NCBI GenBank assembly: GCA_963729625.1
Contig: CAVSOU010000010.1
Span: forward strand, 608,001 to 672,000
Length of the DNA: 64,000 bases
Direction: 5' to 3'
From: an uncultured bacterium
Lineage (GTDB): Bacteria > Chloroflexota > UBA5177 > JANWHV01
The translations under genes were made by a program, and so were the position numbers. Shown in pieces: positions 31,281-41,447 of the stretch. The notes under the pieces were generated by a model. It was not told where the DNA came from. It searched no databases and was given only the letters and a program-made list of their open reading frames with translations. Position 1 is the stretch's first letter. The number at the start of each line of letters is the position of its first letter.

Positions 31281-31790
31281 ATGGCTGGAAACCTTAAGAA
31301 AGTGTTCATCATCGGGAACCTTGGTAGCGACCCGGTCATGCGATATACAACCGATGGCACGGCAGTTGCGTCATTCAACGTGGCAGTTAACGAGCGCGCT
31401 CGCCGCGCCGCGGCCTCCGAAGGCGGACAGGGCGCGCAACAGGAAGAATCGACGACATGGTTCCGCGTCAGCGCTTGGCGAAGACAAGCTGAGATTTCCA
31501 ATGACCTTCTCAAGAAGGGCATGTCCGTGTTCGTCTCCGGTGACCTGCGGACGAGGGAATTCGTCGGCAACGACGGACAGAAACGATTCTCGCTCGACGT
31601 AACCATGGATGATATGCAAATCTTGACGCCGAAGGGCGTGGCTGAGGGCGGCTCGTCGTTTGATGAAGCCCCTGCTTTCGGCGGATCCGGTCCTAGCAGG
31701 GCGCCCACACCATTCGTGGGCCGCTCATCTGCGAGCCGCACACCCGCACCCGACCTCGACGATCAGGATGATTCAGACATTCCCTTCTGA
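31281..31790 (+). CDS. ssb: Single-stranded DNA-binding protein
   Basis: VFIIGNLGSDP, OB fold, C-terminal DDSDIPF. Confidence 0.97.
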   Translation: MAGNLKKVFIIGNLGSDPVMRYTTDGTAVASFNVAVNERARRAAASEGGQGAQQEESTTWFRVSAWRRQAEISNDLLKKGMSVFVSGDLRTREFVGNDGQKRFSLDVTMDDMQILTPKGVAEGGSSFDEAPAFGGSGPSRAPTPFVGRSSASRTPAPDLDDQDDSDIPF

Positions 31791-31843
31791 ACCTGTACTT
31801 TGTGAGCGTTTCGCTCTAGCCAACTCGGGAGTACCAGTAACTC

Positions 31844-32206
31844 ATGAGCAGCCCAGCATATACCTCAGGATCCGACGCGGGCGGACGAGCCGACGGAATG
31901 CGCGGCGGAGATCGCGCGGATCGCGGCGAGCGCGGGGGACGCGGTCCGCGCCGCGAAGGTTCACGCGGGGACCGCTTCTCGCGGCGCCGCGTCTGCAATT
32001 TCTGTGTCGACAAGATGGACCTTGTAGACTATAAAGACGTTGGCCGTCTGCGCAAATATCTCAGCGAGCGTGGCAAGATCGAGCCACGTCGCAAGACAGG
32101 TACGTGCGCGAAGCATCAGAGGGTGCTGACGACGGCGTTGAAGCGCGCGCGCCAGCTCGCCTTGCTACCGTATACCGCCGAACACCAGCGCTTTACGCAG
32201 AGATGA
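31844..32206 (+). CDS. rpsR: 30S ribosomal protein S18 (zinc-binding form) with Arg/Gly-rich N-terminal extension
   Basis: [36 protein letters not shown]. Confidence 0.97.
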   Translation: MSSPAYTSGSDAGGRADGMRGGDRADRGERGGRGPRREGSRGDRFSRRRVCNFCVDKMDLVDYKDVGRLRKYLSERGKIEPRRKTGTCAKHQRVLTTALKRARQLALLPYTAEHQRFTQR

Positions 32207-33315
32207 GCGCGCCAGTGGAGCCCCAACAGGGGCAGACAAACCCAGCAAACAAACCGCCTGCGCACCGCCATCGACGTCAACCACACGAACGGTATCGGCG
32301 TTCGAGCGCGGTCATCGATGATCGCCCTGACGGTACGCCTATCATCTTCGGGTACGGTCGACACATGACGAAACGCGAGAAGGATCGCGCTCGCCGATTG
32401 ATCGCCTATTGCGTACTTGAAGCTGTGGTGGCAACCTGTCTGTCTATTCTCATCGTGTCGCTCGTCTACCTTAACTTCATCTACCCGAGCAATACGGTTG
32501 CCACGGTCTATAGCAACGGCGTCACTGGCAGGATCAGCCGGCACGACGCCGACGCCATGACCAGCTACTTTACCTACGTGCAACAGCAACAATCCCAGAA
32601 TGGCCAATCGGCGCTTTCAGCGCAGGACCCGCATGCGCAGGCCATTCAGCAACTGCAGCAATGGAGACTCAGCTCGGTCGAGGCCAAACGGCAGTTTGGC
32701 ATAACCCCATCGGACGCAGAGGTCAATGCCGAGTATTCGAAGGAAATTAGCGGTGCAGGCGCGCAGGCGAACCTCGAAGGCTCGCTCAAGGCGGCCGGAC
32801 TCAGTGTTGGCGACTACAAGCGCTTCTTCGTAACGGCGAATCTTGTCGAGACCAAACTGGGTCTCGCGCTCACAAAGAATGACCCGGCGACCGCAGAGCA
32901 GTGGCACTATGCCCGCATTGAGGTTACTTCGAAGATCACCGCCACTGCAATTCTCGCTCAGATCGGTCGAAACAAGAACCCGGCAGCTGAGTTCAAGACG
33001 CTGGCAAAGACCAAGTCGGCGGACACGCAGACGTCGTCACAAGGCGGAGACGTGGGGTGGGAGCGCGCTACCGACTCGTCGTCGGATCCAATCATGAGTG
33101 CGTCACTCGTGCAGGCTCTCACGAGTATGCAGAAGAACCACACCGTGTTTAAGCTGTACAACACAGGATCGAGCTGGTATGTGCTGGAGTTTCTCGGGCA
33201 CGATTTAAAGCACAAGCTCAGCTCCGCCCAGGTACAGTCGGATCGAACGGCTGCCGTGAACAGCTGGGGCAGCCCGCTCGTCGATAAGGCACTGTTCAAC
33301 CCTCCACTACCGTAG
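32203..33315 (+). CDS. Membrane-anchored SurA/PrsA/PpiD-like foldase
   Basis: ATGA overlap with rpsR; TM helix; SurA_N-like GITPSDAEV; parvulin-like [20 protein letters not shown]. Confidence 0.65.
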   Translation: MSAPVEPQQGQTNPANKPPAHRHRRQPHERYRRSSAVIDDRPDGTPIIFGYGRHMTKREKDRARRLIAYCVLEAVVATCLSILIVSLVYLNFIYPSNTVATVYSNGVTGRISRHDADAMTSYFTYVQQQQSQNGQSALSAQDPHAQAIQQLQQWRLSSVEAKRQFGITPSDAEVNAEYSKEISGAGAQANLEGSLKAAGLSVGDYKRFFVTANLVETKLGLALTKNDPATAEQWHYARIEVTSKITATAILAQIGRNKNPAAEFKTLAKTKSADTQTSSQGGDVGWERATDSSSDPIMSASLVQALTSMQKNHTVFKLYNTGSSWYVLEFLGHDLKHKLSSAQVQSDRTAAVNSWGSPLVDKALFNPPLP

Positions 33316-33472
33316 AGTTCGTCAGGCCCGTCGACACTAACGTGGCGAGTCGGCGGGCTTGGCGGGAATCGTGCTCAGATTGCGGCCGGCCACGTGCACG
33401 GCTCGAGCAGTTAGGGAACCAGCTTCGTGATCCTTTATCAATCGCGTGAGCCGTTATCGGCGGAAGCGGCGC

Positions 33473-34573
33473 GTGACAACTGAGTCAGCTAAACGAATCC
33501 GCCTTGCCCTCCTGCTGGGTGGCCGCTCACCCGAACACGATGTGTCGCTGTCTTCCGCGCGCTCAGTCTTCAGGGCTCTTGACCCAGCACGCTTTGACGT
33601 CGTGCCCATGGCGATCGACCAGGATGGTCGCTGGCTGCCGATCGGGACCTCACAAGCTCTCCTCACAACCGGCCTGCCGGACGATGCTGGGGACGTGGTC
33701 CAGCCCACCGCCCTCGTTCCGGATCCGTCAATCGGCTCAGTGGTCGACGTTGTCTTTCCTCTGCTTCACGGTCCCTATGGCGAGGACGGCACCGTCCAAG
33801 GCCTGTTGGAGCTGCTTGACGTCCCGTACGTGGGCGCCGGCGTCGCCGCGTCGGCCGTCGGCATGGACAAGGCACTGATGAAGAGTCTGTTCGCTCAGGC
33901 AGGCCTGCCGGTGCTCGAGCATGCGGTCGTACGACTGGCACAGTGGGCGCGAGATCGGACCGGGATCTCGCAACGTCTCAGCACTGTTCCGGGGTTTCCG
34001 TGCTTCGTCAAGCCGGCCAATATGGGCTCCAGCGTTGGGGTGATTCGATGCGATCAACCTGGGGACCTCCCCCCTGCCCTGGATAGTGCATTTGTGTATG
34101 ACCTGAAGGTACTTGTGGAGAAGGGTGTGCCAGGCTACCGCGAAATCGAGTGCGGCGTGCTCGGCAACGAGGAGCCACGCGTGTCTGTCCCGGGCGAAAT
34201 CACAGTCTCAGGCAAGTTCTACGATTATCACGCCAAGTACACCGATGGCGCGGCGCGCCTGCAAGTTCCGGCTGAAGTGCGTCCCGAGACATCACGCGCA
34301 CTCCAGTCCATCTCTCTGCAGGCGTTTTCCGCGATTGACTGCGCCGGCATGGCTCGAGTTGACTTCCTCGTCTCGCCCGACGAATCAGAGATCTGGCTCA
34401 GCGAGATCAACACGATTCCCGGTTTCACGCCTCTGAGCATGTATCCTTTACTCTGGCAGGCCTCACGTGTCTCATATGCAGACCTCATCAACCAGCTTGT
34501 CCAGCTTGCGTTCGAGCGCTTCGCGGCGAAGGCGCGCCTTAGACGCAACCGTGCCCCCGAGGGGGATGCCTGA
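33473..34573 (+). CDS. ddl: D-alanine--D-alanine ligase
   Basis: GGRSPEHDVS, LHGPYGEDG, KPANMGSSVG, FYDYHAKY omega loop, EINTIPG. Confidence 0.96.
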   Translation: MTTESAKRIRLALLLGGRSPEHDVSLSSARSVFRALDPARFDVVPMAIDQDGRWLPIGTSQALLTTGLPDDAGDVVQPTALVPDPSIGSVVDVVFPLLHGPYGEDGTVQGLLELLDVPYVGAGVAASAVGMDKALMKSLFAQAGLPVLEHAVVRLAQWARDRTGISQRLSTVPGFPCFVKPANMGSSVGVIRCDQPGDLPPALDSAFVYDLKVLVEKGVPGYREIECGVLGNEEPRVSVPGEITVSGKFYDYHAKYTDGAARLQVPAEVRPETSRALQSISLQAFSAIDCAGMARVDFLVSPDESEIWLSEINTIPGFTPLSMYPLLWQASRVSYADLINQLVQLAFERFAAKARLRRNRAPEGDA

Positions 34574-34597
34574 AGGGCTGCACCAGTGCCTCGCGCC

Positions 34598-35290
34598 TCA
34601 GTCTCGCACGCGAGCTATCGACAGCCCATCTAGAGCGTACGAGCCACTCTGAGTCAGAAGGATCGTGCCGTCCAGGCGAGCATCTTGGGCCACCCGGTCG
34701 TTGTAGTCCTGGACGGCCTTGATCACATTGTCACGTAACGGTTGCTCCAGCACCGCGCCATCGCGCAGCACATTGTCCGCTACGATGAGACCGCCGCGCC
34801 GCGTGAGCCGCAGCGCGTGATCGAGGTACGCCGGGTAACTGCCCTTGTCGGCGTCGATGAACACCATGTCGAATGGTGAATCGTCGGGCAGCCTTGCCAG
34901 TGTGCCGAGCGCCGGGCCTACCAGCACTTCGATGCGGGCCGCCAGGCCGGCCTTGGCGATGCTGCGTCGCGCCACGCCAGCGTGGGGCTCCGAGACTTCG
35001 AGCGTGATCAGTCTTCCGTTTTCCGGAAGCGCTCTGCCCATCCAGATCGCGCTGTAGCCCGCGAGCGTGCCAATTTCCAGTACCCGCGTCGCGCCTGAGA
35101 TACGCACGAGCAAGGCCAGCAGCTTCCCGGTGGAAGGTCTGACCTGGATTGCCGGCATTCCCGCCAGGCGCGCCTCTGTCAACAGCTCCCGCAGCACAGT
35201 GTCCTCGGGAGCGTAGAGCGAATCAATGTACTGATTCAATCGCGCGAGCATCTCTCCCACCACCGCCACATCTCTTTCCGGCACCGTCAT
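34598..35290 (-). CDS. O-methyltransferase (Methyltransf_3/CCoAOMT-like)
   Basis: LEIGTLAGYS, FDMVFIDADK, IVADNV. Confidence 0.92.
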   Translation of the reverse strand: MTVPERDVAVVGEMLARLNQYIDSLYAPEDTVLRELLTEARLAGMPAIQVRPSTGKLLALLVRISGATRVLEIGTLAGYSAIWMGRALPENGRLITLEVSEPHAGVARRSIAKAGLAARIEVLVGPALGTLARLPDDSPFDMVFIDADKGSYPAYLDHALRLTRRGGLIVADNVLRDGAVLEQPLRDNVIKAVQDYNDRVAQDARLDGTILLTQSGSYALDGLSIARVRD

Positions 35291-35646
35291 TACCCCTGGT
35301 GCTAACCGCCGCGCGGCTCCTCGCGAACGCGCGCGGGACGGCTTCCTCCGGTCCCGCGCGTGTTCCTTACTCTCCGGTCGTCACACCATACCGCGAACAA
35401 CCGTTACTACCAGAGTAGAGCAGATCGGAACTTCGCGCGACACGACGGGAACCAATAGCCGCCGGCGCTGCCGCGCGACCGGCAGCGCCGGGCCACTGGC
35501 AGCGCCGGGCCACTGGCAGCGCCGGTACCAAGCGAACATGGTGTGGCTATCCCGCAATGCCGGAGATCACGGATCGAGGGCGTGCTCCCGCCAAGGGACA
35601 TGGCGGGTCGCTCGACATCTCATGCCAAAGCACATAAACTGATTCC

Positions 35647-35931
35647 ATGGCCACCGAGACCAGTACTCAGCAGCATCAAGAGGTCAAACGCCAGATCCTT
35701 CCCCCGTGGCGAGTGCTCTTGCACAACGACGACGTGAATGACATGCTGCATGTCGTGAAGGCCTTGCTCAAGAGCGTGCCGTCGATGTCGGTAAAACGCG
35801 CGAAAGACGTCATGCTCGAGGCGCATATTCATGGTGTTGCGCAGGTCATTATTTGCCCACTCGAACACGCGGAGATGTATCGCGAGCGCTTGGAGCAGCA
35901 CGGCCTCACCAGTACCATCGAGGCTGTATGA
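35647..35931 (+). CDS. clpS: ATP-dependent Clp protease adaptor ClpS
   Basis: WRVLLHNDDVN, MLEAH..G.A.V, EHAEMY. Confidence 0.9.
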   Translation: MATETSTQQHQEVKRQILPPWRVLLHNDDVNDMLHVVKALLKSVPSMSVKRAKDVMLEAHIHGVAQVIICPLEHAEMYRERLEQHGLTSTIEAV

Positions 35932-37040
35932 CGGCCGACATCCGGCTTGGGATGATTGGATGCGGCCAAGTCTCCGAACGGTTCTTCGAGTGGGCTCGTG
36001 TGCTGCGGGGCGTGAAGTTTGTGGCAACGTGCGCCGCGCACCGTGCCAGCGCCGAATACGCCGCCCGAAGGTACGGGTGCCCAAGGTGGTATGACGACTA
36101 TCGCGCCCTCCTCGACGATCGGGATGTCGATGGTGTCGTCATCACAACTCCGCATGCGCTCCATGCCCGACATGCGCTGGATGCTGTCTCCGCCGGGAAG
36201 CATGTGTTGCTTGAAAAGCCGATGGCTACGCATTGGGAAGACGCAACTCGCTTGGTAGCTGCCGCAGCGCGGGCGGGCGTGACGTTCTTTCCGCTGCCCT
36301 TTCTGGCGTACCCCGAGCACCTTCTTGCGCAACGTTTTCTCCATGAGAGCATCATCGGCAAGGTCGTGGCCGCTGAAGCCCACATGAGCTTACCCGGGCC
36401 GCCACGTTCGAATTGGTATTACCGGAAAGAGGCGGAAGGCGGTGCGATGCTGGATACCATGGTCTATGCGCTGAGCGACCTTGCCTGCGTGCTCGGCCCG
36501 GCAAGCGTCATCACCGGCCTCGTCAACACGTTGGTGCCCCGCCGCAGGACCGGTGACGGGGGGAGGGTCCGCACTGAAGTTGACGACAATGTGAGCCTCT
36601 TGCTCGCGTACGCGACCGGTCAACACGCCACCGTTCGCTCGTGCTGGGCCCCGGCGAACTTCAGACGGGCCACTATCTTCTACGGTCGTCACGGAACGAT
36701 CTACCTTCGTGAAGGCGGCAAGCGCATCGTCGTACAGAGCGGGCGGGGACCGGTGCCTGGGGGGCATCGCGTCGAGTTCATGGGCCTCGACGACTGCTAC
36801 GAGATCGTGCCACGACCAATTGAGCCCGAGGAGGACATCCTGGGACATTTCCTCGACTCCGTGCGTACCGGCAAGCCCGCCGTATCGAACGGCGCCTTGG
36901 CGCTGCACGTGACGGAGCAGATGATGAAGGGGTATGAATCATCCGCCTCGCGCCGGACCATCGAGCTCGAGACGGACTTCAGCCTCGCGTGGGATCGCGA
37001 GCCCGGAATCATGGACCTTTCCGGACCGGGCTATCTGTAG
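35928..37040 (+). CDS. Gfo/Idh/MocA-family oxidoreductase
   Basis: IGCG, TPHALH, GKHVLLEKPMA, GGAMLD...Y; ATGA overlap with clpS. Confidence 0.92.
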   Translation: MTADIRLGMIGCGQVSERFFEWARVLRGVKFVATCAAHRASAEYAARRYGCPRWYDDYRALLDDRDVDGVVITTPHALHARHALDAVSAGKHVLLEKPMATHWEDATRLVAAAARAGVTFFPLPFLAYPEHLLAQRFLHESIIGKVVAAEAHMSLPGPPRSNWYYRKEAEGGAMLDTMVYALSDLACVLGPASVITGLVNTLVPRRRTGDGGRVRTEVDDNVSLLLAYATGQHATVRSCWAPANFRRATIFYGRHGTIYLREGGKRIVVQSGRGPVPGGHRVEFMGLDDCYEIVPRPIEPEEDILGHFLDSVRTGKPAVSNGALALHVTEQMMKGYESSASRRTIELETDFSLAWDREPGIMDLSGPGYL

Positions 37041-37046
37041 CGCGGT

Positions 37047-38321
37047 CTACGTATCGCGCACGATCAACGCTTCTCGCGCCTGGCCAATGCCGATGTAGCG
37101 TACAGGCACCCCGACGAGCTCTTCGATGCGCAGAATGTACCGCTGCGCGGCGGCAGGAAGATCCGCGAAGCGACGTGCGCCTGTCGTCGGCACTTGCCAC
37201 CCAGCCATCGTCTCGTAGACAGGTTCGACGCGGCCGAGTTTGCGGGTGGTCGGCATGCCGCTCACTGTCCTGCCATCCAGCCTGTAGCCGGTGCAGATCG
37301 AGACGAGCGGGAAGCCGTCGAGCGGATCTAGTTTGGAAACCGCGAGCGACGTGCAACCGCCTACCTCCGCACCGAACCGCGCGGCGACTGCATCGAACCA
37401 CCCGCAGCGCCGCGGGCGGCCCGTGGATGCGCCAAACTCTTGTCCGATTGTCCTCAGCATGTCGCCGACAGCATCCTTGAGCTCAGTGGGGAAAGGTCCT
37501 TCGCCAACGGCGGTCGTGTACGACTTGACGACACCGATGACCTCCGTAATAGCGTTAGGCGGGATGCCGGCCCCTGCTGCTGCGCCTCCCGGGAGCGTGG
37601 TCGACGACGTGACAAATGGGTAGATGCCCCAATCGAGATCGCGCAGCGTGCCCAGTTGGCCCTCGAGAATAATCGACTTCTCGGCATTCAGCGCGCTTCG
37701 CACCAACGGGAACGTGTCGACGATCTTATCTCGAAGGGCCGCGGCCCAGGCGCGGCACGTCTCCTTCAGCGCGGACAGCGCCAGCGGCTCGTGATCGTAG
37801 ATCTGCACTAACAGGCGATTCTTCTGTTCTACAACAAAGGCAAGGTCCGCTGCCAGGTAGTCTTCGTCGAGCAAGTCGCCCATGCGGACGCCGGCGCGCG
37901 CAACCTTGTCGGTATAGCATGGGCCGATTCCGCGTCTCGTTGTGCCCTGCGCACGCGCTCCACGTGCACCCTCTTCCAGACTATCGAGCAGGCGGTGGTA
38001 AGGCATGACCACGTGGGCGCGATCGGAGATGCGCAAGCCAGCCGTATTTACCCCGCGGCGCTCGAGCTCAGATAGCTCTACAAGCAGAGCATCCGGATCC
38101 ACGACGGTGCCAGGGCCAACTATGCACGTCGCGCGAGGATAGAAGATTCCCGACGGCACCAGGTGGAGCGCAAAACTCCCCAGGTCGTTGTGAATGCTGT
38201 GACCGGCATTCGCGCCACCATTATAGCGAATGACCATGTCGGCATGCCCGGCAAGGTGGTCGATAAGTTTGCCTTTGCCTTCGTCGCCCCAATGGCAGCC
38301 AACAACAGCTGTGACGCCCAG
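37047..38321 (-). CDS. purA: Adenylosuccinate synthetase (likely CTG start at 38321; ORF track start 38366)
   Basis: WGDEGKGK, GGANAGH, GTTRRGIGP, YPFVTSS, GRPRRCGW. Confidence 0.96.
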   Translation of the reverse strand: MGVTAVVGCHWGDEGKGKLIDHLAGHADMVIRYNGGANAGHSIHNDLGSFALHLVPSGIFYPRATCIVGPGTVVDPDALLVELSELERRGVNTAGLRISDRAHVVMPYHRLLDSLEEGARGARAQGTTRRGIGPCYTDKVARAGVRMGDLLDEDYLAADLAFVVEQKNRLLVQIYDHEPLALSALKETCRAWAAALRDKIVDTFPLVRSALNAEKSIILEGQLGTLRDLDWGIYPFVTSSTTLPGGAAAGAGIPPNAITEVIGVVKSYTTAVGEGPFPTELKDAVGDMLRTIGQEFGASTGRPRRCGWFDAVAARFGAEVGGCTSLAVSKLDPLDGFPLVSICTGYRLDGRTVSGMPTTRKLGRVEPVYETMAGWQVPTTGARRFADLPAAAQRYILRIEELVGVPVRYIGIGQAREALIVRDT

Positions 38322-38609
38322 TCTCTTGCTCCCTTCAATACGCTGTATCACTGTACATGCTTTCACGGCCCGGACTCAAGGATCGCGTCTTGTTCTTGAC
38401 GTGGCTGGCCAATGTGCCGCGCTGCAGGCAACGTCTAGCCCGAATGTCTCGGCGTCACGTGAAAACAGGAATCTCAAGGTCTGCGGTTCTTTTCTTTCCG
38501 ATATCTGAAGCACGCGTGCCGGATTCGCGCCAGTTGTCGATAAAGCTGCCACAGCGTGCGATAAAGCGTTCTGAACGGCGTTGGCTTGCAGTTTGGTTTG
38601 CCAAAGGTA

Positions 38610-38638
38610 TTGCGGTTCCATGACGAATCATGTATACT
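38610..38638 (+). promoter_or_regulatory. Putative sigma70-type promoter for the zinc-ribbon protein gene
   Basis: TTGCGG-N17-TATACT. Confidence 0.5.
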
Positions 38639-38813
38639 ACGGCCCGGTTAGAGGCAACATCCCTGTGATGCACTCGGTCCGCCTTGTTCTTTCGTCGAGT
38701 CTCGCGCGCCTCGATGGATTTCGCGATCCGCGGTCTAAGGCTCTCCGGGCGGCTTGCTCGCTATGCATGCCTTACCGCTGGTTTCTCAAAGTTCAAGGGA
38801 TTCAGAGACATCC

Positions 38814-39125
38814 ATGTACCAGGACAAAACCCTCGTCTGTCGTGACTGCGGTAGTGAGTTCATTTTTAGCGCGGGGGAACAGGAGTTCTTCGCGTCGAAG
38901 GGCCTCCAGAACGAGCCAGGGCGCTGCTCGAATTGCCGGTCCGCGCGTCGCGCCTCTGGGTCGATGGGTGGTGGTCGCTCCGGTGGCGTGCGCGAGCTGA
39001 CGACCGTTACGTGTTCTTCTTGTGGCCAGCCGGCGCAAGTGCCGTTTGTTCCGCGGAACGACAAGCCGGTGTATTGCAGCGACTGCTTCTCGAAGCAGCG
39101 CAGTTATAGCGGCAGCCTTCGCTAA
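38814..39125 (+). CDS. Zinc-ribbon protein (zf-trcl + CxxC-x17-CxxC domain)
   Basis: MYQDKTLVCRDCG.EF.FSAGEQEFF..KG..NEP.RC..CR and CSSCG....VPF.P...KPVYCSDCF. Confidence 0.92.
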   Translation: MYQDKTLVCRDCGSEFIFSAGEQEFFASKGLQNEPGRCSNCRSARRASGSMGGGRSGGVRELTTVTCSSCGQPAQVPFVPRNDKPVYCSDCFSKQRSYSGSLR

Positions 39126-39300
39126 CGCAACGTTTGCGCGCGACAAACGCGGTAGCGCCGTCTTGAGCGTAAGGCGGCAGGCAGAAGACTACTGGCACAC
39201 CTCCCTGACTGCACCTGAACGTGTTCGGGCAATTGTCAAGCAGCCGGGGAGGTGTGCTGTTTGCGGTGATCGGTTTGCAGACCACCGCGCGTGCCGGGCT

Positions 39301-40983
39301 TTACACTTCGGTGATCAACGGGAGCACCATCGGCCGCAGCCCGATCTGTTGGTGCACGTAAGTGCCGATACTCTCTCTGATCATATCCCCGAGAAGCCGG
39401 TATTCGACTTCATTGCGACGCAGACGCTGCAGCACGCGCATCACGCGCTCTTGCGCGCCCACCAGAAGATCCTCCGTCTCAGACGGCAGCCCGCGCGCGA
39501 TGATCTCCGGCGTGGAGATCGGGCGGCCGGTTGTGCGGTCAACCACGACCGATGCGATCAGGATTCCTTCCGTAGCAAGCGCCCGACGGTCGCGAAGGAC
39601 CACGCTGTTCACCTGGCCCACGGTCAGGCCGTCGACGATCACCGATCCATGAGGCACGGATCCGTGAATACGTGTGCGCTGAATGCCAATGTCAATAACG
39701 TCGCCAAGGCTGGGCATGAGCACGTTCTCTTCTGCCATCCCGCACTCCATGGCCAGACGCTTGTAGTGCACCATCATCCTGTATTCGCCGTGAAATGGGG
39801 CCACATAGCGCGGGCGAAGGATTTGCAGTAGCTCGCGATGCTCCTCATGTGCCGCATGGCCGGAGACATGAATGTTCGGCGTCACGCTGGGATAGAGCAC
39901 ATTGGCGCCCAACCGGAACAGATTGTCTATTGTGCGAGAAACTGAGGATTCGTTCCCTGGTACCGGCGTGGCAGCCATCACGACTGTGTCCGCCGGCATG
40001 ATCTTAATCTGGCGATGCTCGCCCGCGGCAATGCGCGAAAGGGCGGCCGCAGGCTCACCCTGGCTGCCTGTCGTGATCAGCACGAGCTGTTCGGGGCGCC
40101 AATTGCGCATTTCATCCGTGCGGATGACGCTGCCCGACGGGATATCGATGTAGCCAAGTTCGTCGGCCACGCCGAGGTTGCGCTCCATCGAACGCCCGAC
40201 AAGGACTGCGGCCCGTCCCAGCCGGTGTGCCGATACGATGACGTTCGCAACGCGGTCCACGTTCGAGGCAAAGGTTGTCACGATCACTCGCCCAGGCGCC
40301 GTCCGCAGGATCTCGGCGATGGCCTCAGTTACGACGGTTTCCGGGCCCGTTCGCCCCGGCGATTCAATCCGCACGCAATCGGCGAGGAGGGCTGTTACCC
40401 CGCCGTCGCCAAGCTCGCGCAGTCGTGCCACGCTTGCTTCCGGCATCCCGGCGAACTTCCAGTCGCCCGTGTACACGACGGGTCCCACGGGCGAATGAAC
40501 GACCACGCAGTACGCGTCCGGAATGCTGTGGCCGACCGAAATGAATTCGAGCTGCAAGCCTCCCAAACGCAGCCACCGTCTCGGATCGACTGCACGCATC
40601 TCTACCAAATGACGCGCGTTTCGCTCGACCAGCCGGGCTTCGGCCAGGCCGAGAGCCAGTGGCGATCCGAAGACAGGTATCGGCGTCTTGCGATTCAGTG
40701 ATGTGACGACGTGAGCGAGAGCGCCGATGTGGTCCTCATGGCCATGTGTCACTACAATGCCCTGCAGCTGGTCGAGGTGCTCAAGAATGAAACGTGTATC
40801 GGGAATGATCAGATCGATCCCCAGCATCTCGCTCTCAGGGAACTTGACGCCCGCATCGATCAGCACCAGCTCACGTCCATACTGCAGGAGCGTGCAGTTC
40901 TTGCCGACCTCACCGACTCCGCCAAGTGGAATGACGCGGAGTGACGTGTTCGGAGGGGTGGCACTCATTTTGCTACCGTTCAT
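39301..40983 (-). CDS. rnj: Ribonuclease J
   Basis: PLGGVGEVGKN, THGHEDHIG, HSIPD, TGSQGEP, HVSGH, HGE. Confidence 0.95.
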   Translation of the reverse strand: MNGSKMSATPPNTSLRVIPLGGVGEVGKNCTLLQYGRELVLIDAGVKFPESEMLGIDLIIPDTRFILEHLDQLQGIVVTHGHEDHIGALAHVVTSLNRKTPIPVFGSPLALGLAEARLVERNARHLVEMRAVDPRRWLRLGGLQLEFISVGHSIPDAYCVVVHSPVGPVVYTGDWKFAGMPEASVARLRELGDGGVTALLADCVRIESPGRTGPETVVTEAIAEILRTAPGRVIVTTFASNVDRVANVIVSAHRLGRAAVLVGRSMERNLGVADELGYIDIPSGSVIRTDEMRNWRPEQLVLITTGSQGEPAAALSRIAAGEHRQIKIMPADTVVMAATPVPGNESSVSRTIDNLFRLGANVLYPSVTPNIHVSGHAAHEEHRELLQILRPRYVAPFHGEYRMMVHYKRLAMECGMAEENVLMPSLGDVIDIGIQRTRIHGSVPHGSVIVDGLTVGQVNSVVLRDRRALATEGILIASVVVDRTTGRPISTPEIIARGLPSETEDLLVGAQERVMRVLQRLRRNEVEYRLLGDMIRESIGTYVHQQIGLRPMVLPLITEV

Positions 40984-41447
40984 GGTCGGGCGCTTAATCT
41001 CCTTCTCGCCTGTAGGCCACTCCCAGCATGGTTACGCGTGCAAGGCGACCGCACGCATACACAAGCGTTGCTCCAGCTGTCAGAACGCCTGACTCGGCAT
41101 CGTCGTGACCAGGCCGCGCCGACACCGTTTGGCACGCGCGCGCTGGACCGCGGCTCGAAGCTTACCTTACCGGAGTGTACAACAAGAAAGGCTTGGCGAG
41201 ACCCGCGAATCAACCAGGACACAGATCGCTGCGTCGGGCAGGGGAGCTGTGCGCTGTACGAGGTATGATATGATGCCGAATGCGGTGACGGCAGGCTGTA
41301 CGCACGAGCACCCGAAGTAATCATCATTTCATCACGCTGCTGCAGTGCAGGCATCGCCACGCGATCTGGCTGTTGCCGGCTGGGAAAGTCGGCGAGACAG
41401 TCGCGTGGGATCACAGAGCTCGCCGCGAATATCCATGCGAAAGGAAT

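Noticed and set aside
33473-34573. Van-type D-Ala-D-Lac ligase
   Set aside because: The omega loop retains Tyr (YDYHAKY) and no van genes are nearby.
38366-38600. Purine/ZTP/PRPP riboswitch upstream of purA
   Set aside because: No aptamer consensus seen, only a 9-bp direct repeat (CGATAAAGC x2) of unclear meaning.
39301-40983. Inactive RNase J suggested by divergent YTGDWK and LADCVR motifs
   Set aside because: All metal-binding and beta-CASP residues (HxHEDH, H, D, D, H, H) appear retained.
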